Notes: generated from the letters alone by a model not told the origin. Positions 27,372 to 37,838 are shown, counted from the stretch's first letter. The stretch is 64,000 nucleotides of DNA from Patescibacteria group bacterium (GCA_015485695.1 WFTB01000027.1:20183-84182), one strand, 5' to 3'. Translations and numbers: made by a program.

Positions 27372-27459
27372 AGCCCTAAGCACGGTGCTAAAGAACCCCC
27401 CCCCCACACGACGCACACCACGTTTTTTTTCATCTTTCGTGGGGGGGGTTATTTTTTTT
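27372..27459 (+). ncRNA. Candidate small RNA (about 88 nt) ending in a C9/G8 homopolymer hairpin terminator
   Basis: It lies between the promoter above and a hairpin whose stem is CCCCCCCCCAC (27396-27406) paired with GTGGGGGGGG (27438-27447), followed by TTATTTTTTTT. The hairpin can also terminate rplI on the minus strand. Structure-based inference only. Confidence 0.3.
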
Positions 27460-27483
27460 CTTCCCGCATTTCGTTGCGGTTTT

Positions 27484-27933
27484 TTATTTTTTCCGTTTGA
27501 TTATCACATTGCATGACCCGCTCAATGATTCGCCGAGTTTGAACGGTACGGAATGAGCGCCTACAGTCTTAAGGTGTTCGTCCAACAGGATATTGTGGGG
27601 ATTAATCGTGACATTGTGCGTGTCTGAAAGTTTTTTGGCTATTTTTTTCTCATCTATTCCGGCAAACAGCGTTCCAGTCGTACTTGCTTTTTCGAGAAAC
27701 GTTATTTGAGCGGAATTGAGTTTTTTGTACGTTTCTTTCGCTTCTTTGGCGTCGAGATTCTCGCGCTTTTTTTGTTTTGCAAGTGTTTTGGCGTGGGTTG
27801 CCACGTTTTCTTTCGTTGCCGGCTTTGCTTGTTTGTTTTTTATCAGAACGTTTCTCGCATAAGCGACAGATACGTCGACAATATCGCCGGCATTTCCGAG
27901 TTTTGGAATTGATTTTAAGAGAATTACTTTCAT
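27484..27933 (-). CDS. rplI: 50S ribosomal protein L9
   Basis: MKVILLKSIPKLGNAGDIVDVSVAYARNVLI is canonical L9. The ORF-track start at 27954 is probably upstream of the true Met. Confidence 0.85.
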   Translation of the reverse strand: MKVILLKSIPKLGNAGDIVDVSVAYARNVLIKNKQAKPATKENVATHAKTLAKQKKRENLDAKEAKETYKKLNSAQITFLEKASTTGTLFAGIDEKKIAKKLSDTHNVTINPHNILLDEHLKTVGAHSVPFKLGESLSGSCNVIIKRKK

Positions 27934-28040
27934 AAAATATACGTTAATTCGCATCTTTTATATTTTGAACTATTTGCTTTATTGTTTTATTTTCTAAGTA
28001 TTCGTCTGTGGAGCGTCTGAAATTATTCGAGCTTCGGTTT

Positions 28041-29372
28041 TTAAAGATTATCTGTTGACTGTTCCTCGTCGATAATCAAATCGTTGTCCAATAATTTCAG
28101 TGCGGCGTCGAGTTGCGGGTCTTCTCCGGATTCGAATTGTTCTATGGTGCGTTCAACAAATAGGTCCGGTTCTATTCCCTCTCCGTCAATCTGATGTCCG
28201 AGAGGGGTGAGCCATCTCGCTATTGTGAGTTTGAGGGAAGAGCCGTCGGGGAAATTTGTCAAACTTTGTACGGACCCTTTGCCGAACGATTGTTCGCCGA
28301 CGAGTTTCGCGAGTCCGTAGTCTTGCAAAGCTCCGGCGAATATTTCGGAAGCCGAAGCCGACCCTCCGTTGATAAGAACCACGGTTGGAAAATCCTTAAG
28401 CTTACCCGAACCGCTTGAGAGATCGGGTTCTATTCGGTTTTCGGAGAATTTTTCTTGAACTATCACTTTGCCGGATTCGACCCAGAATCCGGTTATGTCG
28501 TTTGCTATATTTAGAAAACCGCCGGGATTGCTTCGAACATCCACTATAAAGGATTCCGCTCCGTTTGATAGAAGTTCGTTTATCGCGCTTGCGACTCGAG
28601 TGCCTGTATCCGCGTTGAAATTGGTCATCTTTATGTAACCGACTTTTTCGCCGTTTGGCGTTTGCTTGATTTCGCTTGTTACGGATACTATTTTGATAGT
28701 GTCTCGAACTATACCTATGTCAATAAAGTCCGGCTCTCCCTCTCGATACACTGTCAGTATAACTTCGGTGCCTTTTTTTCCGCGAATCCTGTTCACCGCA
28801 TCGTCTATGTTTATGTCTCTAGTGTCGAATCCGTCTATTTTCAATACTTTGTCTTGCGCTTTGAGACCGGCTTTTTCGGCGGGGGATTCGGGAAGCGGTG
28901 ATATTATGGTCAATACATTGTCTCTGATTCCTATTTCGGCTCCTATTCCTTCGAATTCGCCCGATAGTGTTTCGGTGAAGTTTTCGGCTATTACGGGTTT
29001 TAGAAACGCAGAAAACGGGTCGCCGATTGCCGTTACCATGCCTTGAACGGCTCCGTAGAAAAGTTCCGTTTCCGCAACCGGTCTGTCAACGTATTCGCTT
29101 TGTACCGTTTTCCACACATCCCAGAATATTTGGAATTGGACATCTTCGGAGTACCATGATGGGGGAGAAGCGTTTTTGCCGTTTACGATTCCGGATTCTC
29201 CGGAGTATTTGTATCCTCCGACTACGGTGTTCGGTATTTTGGAAGTTCGCCCGAAATCATATCCCAATAAAAAAACGACAATCATCGCGACTATCGATGC
29301 GTATACGTTAAAAGCTCGTTTGATTCGAGGTTTTTTCGGTTGTTGACGGTTTTGTTCTGTAAATCGTTCCAT
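28041..29372 (-). CDS. Carboxyl-terminal processing protease (S41, CtpA-like) with a PDZ domain
   Basis: PDZ segment (GLKAQDKVLKIDG). S41 catalytic region SNPGGFL...LINGGSASASEIFAGALQD..GKGSVQ. N-terminal TM helix. Confidence 0.85.
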   Translation of the reverse strand: MERFTEQNRQQPKKPRIKRAFNVYASIVAMIVVFLLGYDFGRTSKIPNTVVGGYKYSGESGIVNGKNASPPSWYSEDVQFQIFWDVWKTVQSEYVDRPVAETELFYGAVQGMVTAIGDPFSAFLKPVIAENFTETLSGEFEGIGAEIGIRDNVLTIISPLPESPAEKAGLKAQDKVLKIDGFDTRDINIDDAVNRIRGKKGTEVILTVYREGEPDFIDIGIVRDTIKIVSVTSEIKQTPNGEKVGYIKMTNFNADTGTRVASAINELLSNGAESFIVDVRSNPGGFLNIANDITGFWVESGKVIVQEKFSENRIEPDLSSGSGKLKDFPTVVLINGGSASASEIFAGALQDYGLAKLVGEQSFGKGSVQSLTNFPDGSSLKLTIARWLTPLGHQIDGEGIEPDLFVERTIEQFESGEDPQLDAALKLLDNDLIIDEEQSTDNL

Positions 29373-29458
29373 AACACGTTCATTCTATATCAATTGAGTA
29401 TTATCAGCAAATCGGATAGAATGAATCTGTGCCGATTCGCTTATTTGTCTCAATATTT

Positions 29459-30688
29459 ATGAAAATTTGTCTTATTAACAGTCTATATCCTCCGTATTCG
29501 CGCGGTGGGGCCGAAAACGTTACGCATGTGACCGCATTGTCGCTTCGTGATATGGGTTACGAAGTCTTGGTGATTACCACCGATGCGGAATCGTACATAT
29601 GGGATTTCAAACCATACAAACTTGAAATCAGAGAAGGGATAAAGGTGTGCAGGGTTCGGTCTTTTAACATGACAAGTTTCCATGATTATACGCGCAAGCC
29701 TCTTTGGTTCAGACTGATTTGGTTAGGGATTGATATGGTGAATCCTTTTCCCGCGCTTTCGGTAAGGAAAATTTTAAAAAAAGAAAGACCGGATATTGTA
29801 CATATGCACAATACCAGAGGTTTGTCGTATCTGATACCGCGCATCGTTAAAAAAATAGGTTTGAAAAGCGTGATGACTTTGCACGATATTCAATATGTTT
29901 ATCCGTCTGGTCTTTTAATCCGAGGGGAAGAAAAAGACTTAGTTAACACTTTCTTTTTGAGGAGATGGTATGAGGGTTTTTGCAAAATTTTGTTAAAATC
30001 TCCGGATGTTATCATTTTTCCGTCCAAGTGGTTGTCGGATTTTTACGCAGGTCGAGGATTTTTCAACGAGTCCGTAAAGGAATCGATGAGAAATCCGGTT
30101 AGTAAAAAACCGCGAAACGGTTATGCGAAACCTTTGAAAGATAAAAAATTAAACATATTGTATGTCGGTCAAGCGGAAAAGCACAAAGGAATTTTGTTCG
30201 CCGTTCGAAAGATGCAAAACATCTCCACCATGGAATTTCGACTTTCAATAGTGGGTGACGGATCTTTGATCGACGACATGCGTAGGGAATTCAAGGGAGA
30301 CGACAGATTCGTTTTTTACGGTCGCGTATCCCACAATGAGGTTGAAAGATTTTACAATATGGCTGACGCGCTCATTATGCCCACTTTGACGTATGAAAAC
30401 TCTCCGACCGTTATCGTCGAGGCGTTTTCTTCTTCCGTTCCGGTTATAGCGTCGAATATCGGCGGAATTCCGGAATTGGTCGCAGAAGGCGAGACGGGCT
30501 GGCTTTTTGAAGCGGGAGACGGTGATTCGCTTGTTACGACGCTGAAAAGGGCGAAATCGGACATTGGCGATGTCGAAGTTTTGAATCACATGAAAAAACG
30601 ATGTTTGGAGGAATCTTTGAAATCGGATTCCAAAAAATACGCGAACCGTCTTGTGAATATTTATTCCGATTTGAACGTTAGTCGGTGA
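29459..30688 (+). CDS. Glycosyltransferase family 4 (GT-B fold)
   Basis: C-terminal nucleotide-sugar binding motif E..SSVPVIASNIGGIPELV. N-terminal MKICLINSLYPPYSRGGAE. Confidence 0.7.
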   Translation: MKICLINSLYPPYSRGGAENVTHVTALSLRDMGYEVLVITTDAESYIWDFKPYKLEIREGIKVCRVRSFNMTSFHDYTRKPLWFRLIWLGIDMVNPFPALSVRKILKKERPDIVHMHNTRGLSYLIPRIVKKIGLKSVMTLHDIQYVYPSGLLIRGEEKDLVNTFFLRRWYEGFCKILLKSPDVIIFPSKWLSDFYAGRGFFNESVKESMRNPVSKKPRNGYAKPLKDKKLNILYVGQAEKHKGILFAVRKMQNISTMEFRLSIVGDGSLIDDMRREFKGDDRFVFYGRVSHNEVERFYNMADALIMPTLTYENSPTVIVEAFSSSVPVIASNIGGIPELVAEGETGWLFEAGDGDSLVTTLKRAKSDIGDVEVLNHMKKRCLEESLKSDSKKYANRLVNIYSDLNVSR

Positions 30689-30746
30689 TGACGTTTTCTC
30701 CGGTTTTTTTGATGAATGTTTCGTGTTTTTAATCTTCAATCGAATG

Positions 30747-30770
30747 ACTTTTGCAATCGATTGCAAAAGT
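30747..30770. promoter_or_regulatory. 24-bp perfect palindrome acttttgcaatc|gattgcaaaagt, abutting the -35 of the hrcA promoter
   Basis: Reverse complement of the first 12 nt equals the last 12 nt exactly. Candidate operator; it is not a canonical terminator, since no U-tract follows. Confidence 0.4.
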
Positions 30771-30771
30771 C

Positions 30772-30801
30772 TTGACAACGGTCTTTGTAGTGTTGTATAG
30801 T
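30772..30801 (+). promoter_or_regulatory. hrcA-operon promoter: TTGACA, 18-nt spacer, TATAGT
   Basis: TTGACA at 30772-30777 and TATAGT at 30796-30801, about 5 nt before CIRCE. Confidence 0.5.
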
Positions 30802-30805
30802 GATT

Positions 30806-30832
30806 TTAGCAGTCTGATAGAGGGAGTGCTAA
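30806..30832 (+). promoter_or_regulatory. CIRCE operator (HrcA binding site) TTAGCAGTC-N9-GAGTGCTAA
   Basis: Matches the CIRCE consensus TTAGCACTC-N9-GAGTGCTAA with one mismatch. Located between the promoter and hrcA. Confidence 0.8.
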
Positions 30833-30951
30833 AATGTCTGATTTGATTATCGGCTGTGAAAGTTTGAACGGTTTCAATATAATTGTTTGTCAATGGTAAA
30901 TGCGCGTTTGAGCTGGATTGTTAAGGGGAGCGTCATGTTCGTTTTTGATTT

Positions 30952-31647
30952 ATGGATGAGAGAAAAAAACAATTGTTGATGTACATAGTTGAAGATTACA
31001 TAGCCTCGGCGGAACCCGTGTCATCCGGTCAATTGGTCGAGAAATATGAAATAGGCGTATCATCCGCGACAGTGCGCAATGACATGGCGTCTCTCGAACA
31101 AGACGGGTATCTGATAAGTCCGCACACTTCGTCCGGTCGCATACCGACCGAGCTTGGGTATAAGGCGTATTTTGAGTTCAAGAGTGATTCGGGTAAAATA
31201 CTAAACGCATCGGAGCAAAAGAGAATAGAAAAGGCGTATACTCTGGCGTGTGATGAGCGAAATCAGTTGAAGTCCGCGGCGCGCGCCCTTGCCGATGTGG
31301 CTGACGGAGCGGTAATTGTCGGTTTTGACAGAAACGATGTATACTATACCGGCATTTCTCACTTGTTCTCTCAGCCCGAGTTTTGCCAGCCTCACATAAT
31401 ATACGGCATAGGCGCCGTGGTCGACAGGCTTGAGGAGCGTATTTCGGAGATGTTCTCAAGCGTTCGGGAGAATGTGACCGTCCGAATCGGCTCTGATAAT
31501 CCGTTTTCCGATGAGTGCAGTTTCATAGGATTTACTTTTGTCAAGGACAGGTGTGAACATCTCTTCGGTCTTATGGGTCCCATGAGAATGAATTATCTAA
31601 AAAACGTCGCACGTTTGAGTTATGTTAGAAAACTATTTACGAATTAA
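30952..31647 (+). CDS. hrcA: Heat-inducible transcription repressor HrcA (short form)
   Basis: N-terminal wHTH PVSSGQLVEKYEIGVSSATVRNDMASLEQDGYL. Followed by grpE. Confidence 0.8.
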   Translation: MDERKKQLLMYIVEDYIASAEPVSSGQLVEKYEIGVSSATVRNDMASLEQDGYLISPHTSSGRIPTELGYKAYFEFKSDSGKILNASEQKRIEKAYTLACDERNQLKSAARALADVADGAVIVGFDRNDVYYTGISHLFSQPEFCQPHIIYGIGAVVDRLEERISEMFSSVRENVTVRIGSDNPFSDECSFIGFTFVKDRCEHLFGLMGPMRMNYLKNVARLSYVRKLFTN

Positions 31648-31653
31648 TTTGGT

Positions 31654-32184
31654 ATGGCAAACAAAAAAAAGGATTCGAAAAAAACAACAAACTCCGAAGA
31701 TACCGAGAAAAACGCTTCGGAAATCGACAACTTGAAAAAACAAATAGAAGAGTTAAAACTTGAATCCGAAAAAAATTTAAACGGGTGGAAGCGGGCTCAG
31801 GCCGATTATCAGAATTATCTGAAAAACGCCGGTCGCGACAGAGAGCGATTCGAAAAAATAACAACGATTTCCATTTTGACTCGATTTTTCCCATTGCACA
31901 GGAATTTGTCATTGGCTCTTGAGCACACCCCGGAAGAATACAAAGAAAATGAATGGGTTCGCGGAATAGAACAAATATTCAAGCAGTCTGAAGCGCTTCT
32001 TAACGAATTCGGCGTTGAACAAATAAAGACTGAAGGAGAAAAGTTTGACCCCGAGTTTCATGAAGCAATATCCAAGGAAAAACACGACTCAAAACAAACG
32101 GGAGATATAATAAGAGAAGTTTCCCCCGGATACATGTTAAATGGAGAGACGATAGTACCTTCACAGGTGGTGGTCGCCGAATAA
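31654..32184 (+). CDS. grpE: Nucleotide exchange factor GrpE
   Basis: Coiled-coil N-terminus. KRAQADYQNY...GETIVPSQVVVAE is a GrpE signature. Confidence 0.85.
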   Translation: MANKKKDSKKTTNSEDTEKNASEIDNLKKQIEELKLESEKNLNGWKRAQADYQNYLKNAGRDRERFEKITTISILTRFFPLHRNLSLALEHTPEEYKENEWVRGIEQIFKQSEALLNEFGVEQIKTEGEKFDPEFHEAISKEKHDSKQTGDIIREVSPGYMLNGETIVPSQVVVAE

Positions 32185-32321
32185 CATGATAGCAAATCAC
32201 AGGTTTAGAATCCCGGATTGCATTTTAGAATTAAAAATCAAATTTGAAATGCTAGATATTAGTAAAATTAGATAAGTCGCACTTAGTTTTAACTTAAGAT
32301 AATCAGTTAATCAAAACACAT

Positions 32322-32741
32322 ATGGCTATTATAAAATGGACACCCATGATTGATTCTTTACAAGATGTTGATAATTTGCTCGGAGAGTTTAGGGGTTTGA
32401 ATTCTTCCGGTTTGGTGCCGGCAATAGACATATACGAAGATCAAGACTCCATAATCGCCGAAGCACCTCTCCCGGGTATTGACATAAAAGACGTTAAAGT
32501 TTCGGTTGAGAACGATACTCTGACCATAGAAGGCTCAAGCAAAAAGAGCACGGAGATAGATGAGAAGAATTATTATAGAAAAGAGATTCGCTCCGGTTCG
32601 TTTCACAGAGTTGTTCAGTTGCCCGTCGCGGTTGACGGATCGAAAACTCGCGGAACATATGAAGATGGTGTCTTGAAGGTTGTGATGCCGAAACGAGATG
32701 AATTAAAATCAAAGACGATAGATATAGAAATTAAAAAATAA
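32322..32741 (+). CDS. Hsp20/alpha-crystallin family small heat-shock protein
   Basis: Alpha-crystallin domain (PAIDIYEDQDSIIAEAPLPGI...GVLKVVMPK). Confidence 0.85.
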   Translation: MAIIKWTPMIDSLQDVDNLLGEFRGLNSSGLVPAIDIYEDQDSIIAEAPLPGIDIKDVKVSVENDTLTIEGSSKKSTEIDEKNYYRKEIRSGSFHRVVQLPVAVDGSKTRGTYEDGVLKVVMPKRDELKSKTIDIEIKK

Positions 32742-32770
32742 TAGCGCGGTATTTACCGATTTTAAACCGT

Positions 32771-33094
32771 ATGCACCAAAATTCAATGTTAAGACAATCG
32801 CAACAACTTAATCCTGAATGTCCAATCTGCAATCATAAATACGATATACAGAGAATTCAAATTTTGGACGAAAACGAACAAGGCGTTTTGACGCACTTTT
32901 CGTGCAAGAATTGTTTTGCTTCGTTTCTTGCGACAATAGTCGAAACTCCGTTCGGACACATGGCCTCCGGGCTTTTAACGGACCTTTGCGCCGATGAAGT
33001 TCTGAAATTCGCGGAGCAAGACACGATAAACAATGACGATGTTCTTGAGATTCACGAGATGCTGGAAAAAAATCAATTCAATTTTAATGAGTAA
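32771..33094 (+). CDS. Hypothetical zinc-ribbon-like protein inside the heat-shock operon
   Basis: CPICNHKY...SCKNCFASF (CxxC-N-CxxC). No known family recognized. Confidence 0.35.
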   Translation: MHQNSMLRQSQQLNPECPICNHKYDIQRIQILDENEQGVLTHFSCKNCFASFLATIVETPFGHMASGLLTDLCADEVLKFAEQDTINNDDVLEIHEMLEKNQFNFNE

Positions 33095-33148
33095 CGCGCT
33101 TTTCATGCGTAAAACAGACTTATTTGTAATAGATTAATTTGAAACAAT

Positions 33149-35065
33149 ATGAGCAAAATACTTGGAATAGACTTGGGTACGACGAATTCCGCCGTAGCGA
33201 TAATGGAAGGCGGAAAACCCAAAATTTTGGAAAACAAAGAAGGAAACAGAACCACTCCTTCAATGGTTGCCATTAACAAAAACGGAGAAAGACTGGTGGG
33301 GCAACTCGCCAAGCGTCAATCCGTGACGAACCCGGAAAACACTCTTTTTTCGGTAAAGCGTTTAATCGGTCGCAGGTTTGATGATGAAGAGGTGCAACAT
33401 GCGATGAAGGTTTTGCCTTACAAAATAGTAAAGTCCGGAGATGGGGTGAAAGTCGTAATGAACGGAAAGGAATATACTCCACAGGAAATCTCCGCGATGA
33501 TTTTGCAAAAACTGAAAACCGACGCCGAAGAAAAGCTTGGGGAGAAAATAACTGAGGCGGTAATAACGGTTCCCGCGTATTTTGACGACGCTCAGAGAAA
33601 AGCGACCAAAGAAGCCGGAGAAATAGCCGGATTGAAAGTTGATCGCTTGGTCAATGAGCCCACTGCGGCGGCTCTGGCATATGGATTCGAAAAAAAATCC
33701 GGACAGCAAATAATAGTTTATGATCTGGGAGGGGGAACTTTTGATGTTTCGGTTCTTGATATTTCAGATGATACTGTTGAGGTTAAATCAACCGCCGGAG
33801 ACACATTTCTCGGTGGAAACGATTTTGACAGGGTTATCATAGACTGGATTGTCGATGAGTTTAAGAAAGACCAAGGCATAGACCTGTCCGGCGACCCTCT
33901 CGCTATGCAACGCGTGAACGAGTCCGCCGAAAAAGCCAAAATAGAACTTTCGTCCGCGCAAGAAACGGAAATCAATCAACCGTTTATAACGACGGACGAG
34001 GCGGGACCAAAGCACCTTCAAATCACTTTGAAGCGTTCGAAACTCGAGGAGCTTGTCTCAGACCTTGTTGACAAGACTTTTGATTCTGTGAAACAAGCAT
34101 TAAAAGACGCCGATTTGGAAGCAAAAGACATAGAAGAGGTCATATTGGTCGGAGGAATGACTCGAATGCCTCTTGTTCAGAAGAAAGTTGAAGAGTTTTT
34201 CGGCAAAAAACCGAACATTTCGGTAAACCCCGACGAAGTGGTGGCATCCGGCGCCGCGGTTCAGGCCGGTGTCTTGCAGGGTGACGTTAAAGACGTATTG
34301 CTTTTGGACGTGACACCGCTTACTCTCGGTCTTGAAACCATGGGAGGGGTATCGACACCTCTTATAGAACGCAATACGACCATACCGACTTCGAAGTCGC
34401 AAATATTTTCAACCGCCGCGGACAACCAACCTTCTGTGGAGATTCATGTATTGCAAGGAGAAAGACCCATGGCGGCGGACAATAAAACCTTAGGTAGATT
34501 CATATTGGACGGCATTCCACCCGCTCCGAGAGGTACTCCTCAGATTGAAGTTACGTTTGATATTGACGCTAACGGAATTTTGACCGTAAAAGCCAAGGAT
34601 AAAGCCACCGGAAAAGAACAGCATATAACCATTACCGGATCAACGGGTCTTTCGGAAGAAGAAATAAACAAAATGAAAGAAGACGCGAAGGTTCACGAAG
34701 AAGAGGATAAAAAGAAAAAAGAGCTTATAGAAGCCAGGAACTTGGCGGATTCTCTTGTGTTCCAAACCGAGAAAGCTATTGAAGAAGCCGGGGATAAAGT
34801 TGGCGACGATGTTAAGAAGCCGATTGAAGAAAAACTGGAGGAACTCAAGAAAGTAAAGGATGGAGACGATATCGAAGCCATAAAAAACGCTACGAATGAA
34901 TTGACCGGTGTGGCGCAAAAGCTCGGAGAAGCCATGTATGCTAAATCTCAAACCGCGGAAGGTTCTGAATCAACCGATGAAGAATCAAAAGACGATCAAG
35001 GAAAAGAAAAAGACGCCGTAGAGGCGGATTTCGAAGAGGTTAAAGATGACGATAACAATAAATAA
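33149..35065 (+). CDS. dnaK: Molecular chaperone DnaK (Hsp70)
   Basis: [18 protein letters not shown] and the full Hsp70 architecture. 638 aa. Confidence 0.97.
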   Translation: MSKILGIDLGTTNSAVAIMEGGKPKILENKEGNRTTPSMVAINKNGERLVGQLAKRQSVTNPENTLFSVKRLIGRRFDDEEVQHAMKVLPYKIVKSGDGVKVVMNGKEYTPQEISAMILQKLKTDAEEKLGEKITEAVITVPAYFDDAQRKATKEAGEIAGLKVDRLVNEPTAAALAYGFEKKSGQQIIVYDLGGGTFDVSVLDISDDTVEVKSTAGDTFLGGNDFDRVIIDWIVDEFKKDQGIDLSGDPLAMQRVNESAEKAKIELSSAQETEINQPFITTDEAGPKHLQITLKRSKLEELVSDLVDKTFDSVKQALKDADLEAKDIEEVILVGGMTRMPLVQKKVEEFFGKKPNISVNPDEVVASGAAVQAGVLQGDVKDVLLLDVTPLTLGLETMGGVSTPLIERNTTIPTSKSQIFSTAADNQPSVEIHVLQGERPMAADNKTLGRFILDGIPPAPRGTPQIEVTFDIDANGILTVKAKDKATGKEQHITITGSTGLSEEEINKMKEDAKVHEEEDKKKKELIEARNLADSLVFQTEKAIEEAGDKVGDDVKKPIEEKLEELKKVKDGDDIEAIKNATNELTGVAQKLGEAMYAKSQTAEGSESTDEESKDDQGKEKDAVEADFEEVKDDDNNK

Positions 35066-35124
35066 TAAATTATGATTTTGACGGATTCATATTTGAATAT
35101 CAAAATCTGTTACTTGAAAATATT

Positions 35125-35421
35125 ATGTCCAACGAACAAAATCAGGTCAAAATGCAAATAAAGATGTCCGATGACGTGCTTAAGGGAACGTATGCTAACG
35201 CCATGCAAATAGGGCACACGCAAGAAGAATTCGTTGTGGATTTCATGAATCTGTCTCCAAGACAAGGCATAGGTATTGTAAGCTCTCGCGTCATAATATC
35301 CCCGGGTCACCTTAAAAGAATAATATCCGCCATGCAAGACAATCTTAAGCGATACGAAAACCAGTTCGGAGAAATTAAAGAAGCCTCTCAACCCGATGGA
35401 ATAGGTTTTAAGGCCGAATAG
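35125..35421 (+). CDS. Conserved small hypothetical protein between dnaK and dnaJ (possibly DUF3467-like)
   Basis: 98 aa with no motif I can name. The family assignment is a guess. Confidence 0.35.
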   Translation: MSNEQNQVKMQIKMSDDVLKGTYANAMQIGHTQEEFVVDFMNLSPRQGIGIVSSRVIISPGHLKRIISAMQDNLKRYENQFGEIKEASQPDGIGFKAE

Positions 35422-35521
35422 ATTAATTGTAATTAAATTTTGCGTGAGTGGGTAATCGCGCGGTTTGGGACTAGCGTTTCACGCGTCGCATTCATCGAAT
35501 CCTTTGTGTATTGATTATTTT

Positions 35522-36616
35522 ATGTCTGATTATTATAGCGTGCTGGGCGTCAGTAAAAACGCCGATAAAGACGAAATTAAAAAAGCGTTCCGTAAGCTTG
35601 CTCACAAATATCACCCCGATAAGGACGGTGGCGACGAAGCCAAATTCAAAGAAGTCAACGAAGCCTATCAAGTTCTCTCGGATGATAAAAAGAGACAACA
35701 GTATGATCGGTTTGGTCAGACTTTTGATGGCGCTGGACAGCAATACGCGAACATGAATTGGGACGATTTCGCATCTCAGTTCGGAGACATGTTCGGGGGC
35801 GGTGGCGGAGTTGGCGGGTTTGATTTCGGCGACATATTCGCCCAAGCTTTCGGCGGACAAAGAGCCGGCTCTCGTCGTCAATCTTCAGTTCGCGGGCAAG
35901 ATGTTGAGATGAGTATGAATATAGATTTTCGCACGGCGGTTTTCGGAGACGAAAAGACGGTCTCTGCTAACATGTTGCAAACATGCGATGTTTGCGACGG
36001 TGACGGCGCCGAGCCGGGATCGAAGATAATAACCTGTCCGGAGTGTAAAGGTTCCGGGCATGTTATTCACGACCAGCGCAGTATTCTCGGAATGATTAGG
36101 CAACAAGTAACATGCCGAACATGCAAAGGACAGGGGAATAAGCCGGAACGATTTTGCAAATCTTGTCACGGTCAAGGAAGGAGAGTCGCAGATAAGAAAA
36201 TAAAAGTAAAAATCCCCGCCGGAATAGACGACGGGCAAGCTATAAAGCTTTCCGGGCAAGGAGAGGCGGGAATGAACGGAGCTTCTCCCGGTGATTTGTT
36301 TATAAGATTTAACGTTTCAAAGGACAAGGAATTCGAAAGACAAGGATATGATATATATAAATCTTTGCACATAAGTTTTACGGATGCGGCTCTCGGGGAA
36401 ACTATTCGAGTAAATACTCTCGACGGTCCGGTTGATTTGAAAATTCCACCCGGAACTCAATCCGGACAAATCCTCAAACTGAAAGGAAAAGGCGTTCCGC
36501 ATCTTGGAGCGCCGAACAGAAGGGGAGACCAGCTGGTGATGATTCATGTGGATGTTCCGAAAAGACTTAGCAGAAAACAGAAGAAATTATTGGAAGAGTT
36601 TAAGAAAATCAGCTAA
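35522..36616 (+). CDS. dnaJ: Molecular chaperone DnaJ
   Basis: J-domain (YYSVLGV...KYHPD), a G/F-rich region, and a 4x CxxCxGxG zinc finger. The ORF-track start at 35465 is upstream of the true ATG. Confidence 0.9.
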   Translation: MSDYYSVLGVSKNADKDEIKKAFRKLAHKYHPDKDGGDEAKFKEVNEAYQVLSDDKKRQQYDRFGQTFDGAGQQYANMNWDDFASQFGDMFGGGGGVGGFDFGDIFAQAFGGQRAGSRRQSSVRGQDVEMSMNIDFRTAVFGDEKTVSANMLQTCDVCDGDGAEPGSKIITCPECKGSGHVIHDQRSILGMIRQQVTCRTCKGQGNKPERFCKSCHGQGRRVADKKIKVKIPAGIDDGQAIKLSGQGEAGMNGASPGDLFIRFNVSKDKEFERQGYDIYKSLHISFTDAALGETIRVNTLDGPVDLKIPPGTQSGQILKLKGKGVPHLGAPNRRGDQLVMIHVDVPKRLSRKQKKLLEEFKKIS

Positions 36617-36632
36617 TCGCTGATTTTTTTAA
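36607..36632 (+). terminator. Rho-independent terminator of the dnaJ operon
   Basis: Stem aatcagc/gctgatt, 5-nt loop, followed by ttttt. The dnaJ stop codon lies in the loop. Confidence 0.6.
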
Positions 36633-36758
36633 TCGGCGATAAAAATAACGTATCTGTTTTGTGAATATAAAATTTGGAATAAACATGAATTGTTGATTAA
36701 AATCTCTTAAAATTGTAATATTACAAAAGAGTAATAAAAAGTATATTTAGGTATCGGT

Positions 36759-37838
36759 ATGAAAAAATATTTATTTGTTTTGTTTTTGGCGCTCGCTTTG
36801 CTTTCGGGGAATTTCGCTTATGCGGCGGGAGATAACGATTTGGACTTGTCGGGGGTCGTTCCGACTTTGTTGAGAGTTGAAGATTCCGGCAAATCGGATT
36901 CTTCGCGAATAATCGATTCCGTGCGCGGGCGAATCGTTCTTCAGGTGGAAGATTTGGGTGAAGCGTGGTATGTTGACCCCGTATCAGGTGAAAGATATTA
37001 TTTAAGAGACGGCAAAGCCGTCATGATCATATTGAGAACTCTAGGTCTCGGTATTTCAGAAAACGATTTTTCCAGATTAAAATCCGGAGATTCGGGTTTG
37101 ATTGAAAAACTGAAAGGGCGAATACTTATTCGCGCGGAAAAAGACGGCGAAGCGTATTACCTTAACCCAAAGGATAACGGGTTAAATTACCTTTATGACG
37201 GCGATTCGGCTTATAAGATTATGACGGATTTCGGTATCGGCATATCGACCGCGGATTTATCTCAAATACCGATATCCACCAAAAGCGCCTATGGAGCATC
37301 GGCTGTATTCGACGAAGAATATCGCGATGGAGCGGTTTCGAGATTTGATTCGGGAATCAACCCGAAGAACGTGACAAGAAGCGTGTTGGCTCATTATTGG
37401 GCGGAAAAAATCAATCGTCTTCGGCGAGAACGCGGTGAGCCTCAGTTGAAGATGAGCAGACCGTTGGTTGACACCGCTACAGAATGGGCGATAGAGATTG
37501 GAAAGTCCGGAGATCCTTCATTGGAAAGACCTAATGATCAAGTTGTTCATGATTGGATTGGGACTCGTTTGCTTGCTGATGAGTTTTACGAGTTAAATGA
37601 TAGATTCTTTTTGGAGCAAATAGGCTGGACTACCATGGAAGACTCGATTAGAGGGGGTTACGAAGCTCTTGACGCTATATTTGAAAACTTTATGGAAAAA
37701 ACGACAAGTCCAAGCGGATATAATCCGGTTCTGTCTTCCGCATGGGACAATATCGGCGTTGGGTTTTATTTCAAAAACACGCACGACAACAACATCATGA
37801 TGTACATGGTCGCGCACTTGGCGAATTTTGAAGATTAA
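36759..37838 (+). CDS. Secreted protein with two about 55-aa internal repeats and a CAP/SCP-like C-terminal domain
   Basis: Signal peptide MKKYLFVLFLALALLSGNFAYA. Repeats RGRIVLQVEDLGEAWYVDPVSGERYYL... and KGRILIRAEKDGEAYYLNPKDNGLNYLY.... The CAP-like assignment is tentative. Confidence 0.4.
   Translation: MKKYLFVLFLALALLSGNFAYAAGDNDLDLSGVVPTLLRVEDSGKSDSSRIIDSVRGRIVLQVEDLGEAWYVDPVSGERYYLRDGKAVMIILRTLGLGISENDFSRLKSGDSGLIEKLKGRILIRAEKDGEAYYLNPKDNGLNYLYDGDSAYKIMTDFGIGISTADLSQIPISTKSAYGASAVFDEEYRDGAVSRFDSGINPKNVTRSVLAHYWAEKINRLRRERGEPQLKMSRPLVDTATEWAIEIGKSGDPSLERPNDQVVHDWIGTRLLADEFYELNDRFFLEQIGWTTMEDSIRGGYEALDAIFENFMEKTTSPSGYNPVLSSAWDNIGVGFYFKNTHDNNIMMYMVAHLANFED

Noticed and set aside
33095-33148. 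Second CIRCE element upstream of dnaK or hsp20
   Set aside because: No TTAGCACTC-N9-GAGTGCTAA-like inverted repeat is found there. The single CIRCE upstream of hrcA probably serves the whole operon.
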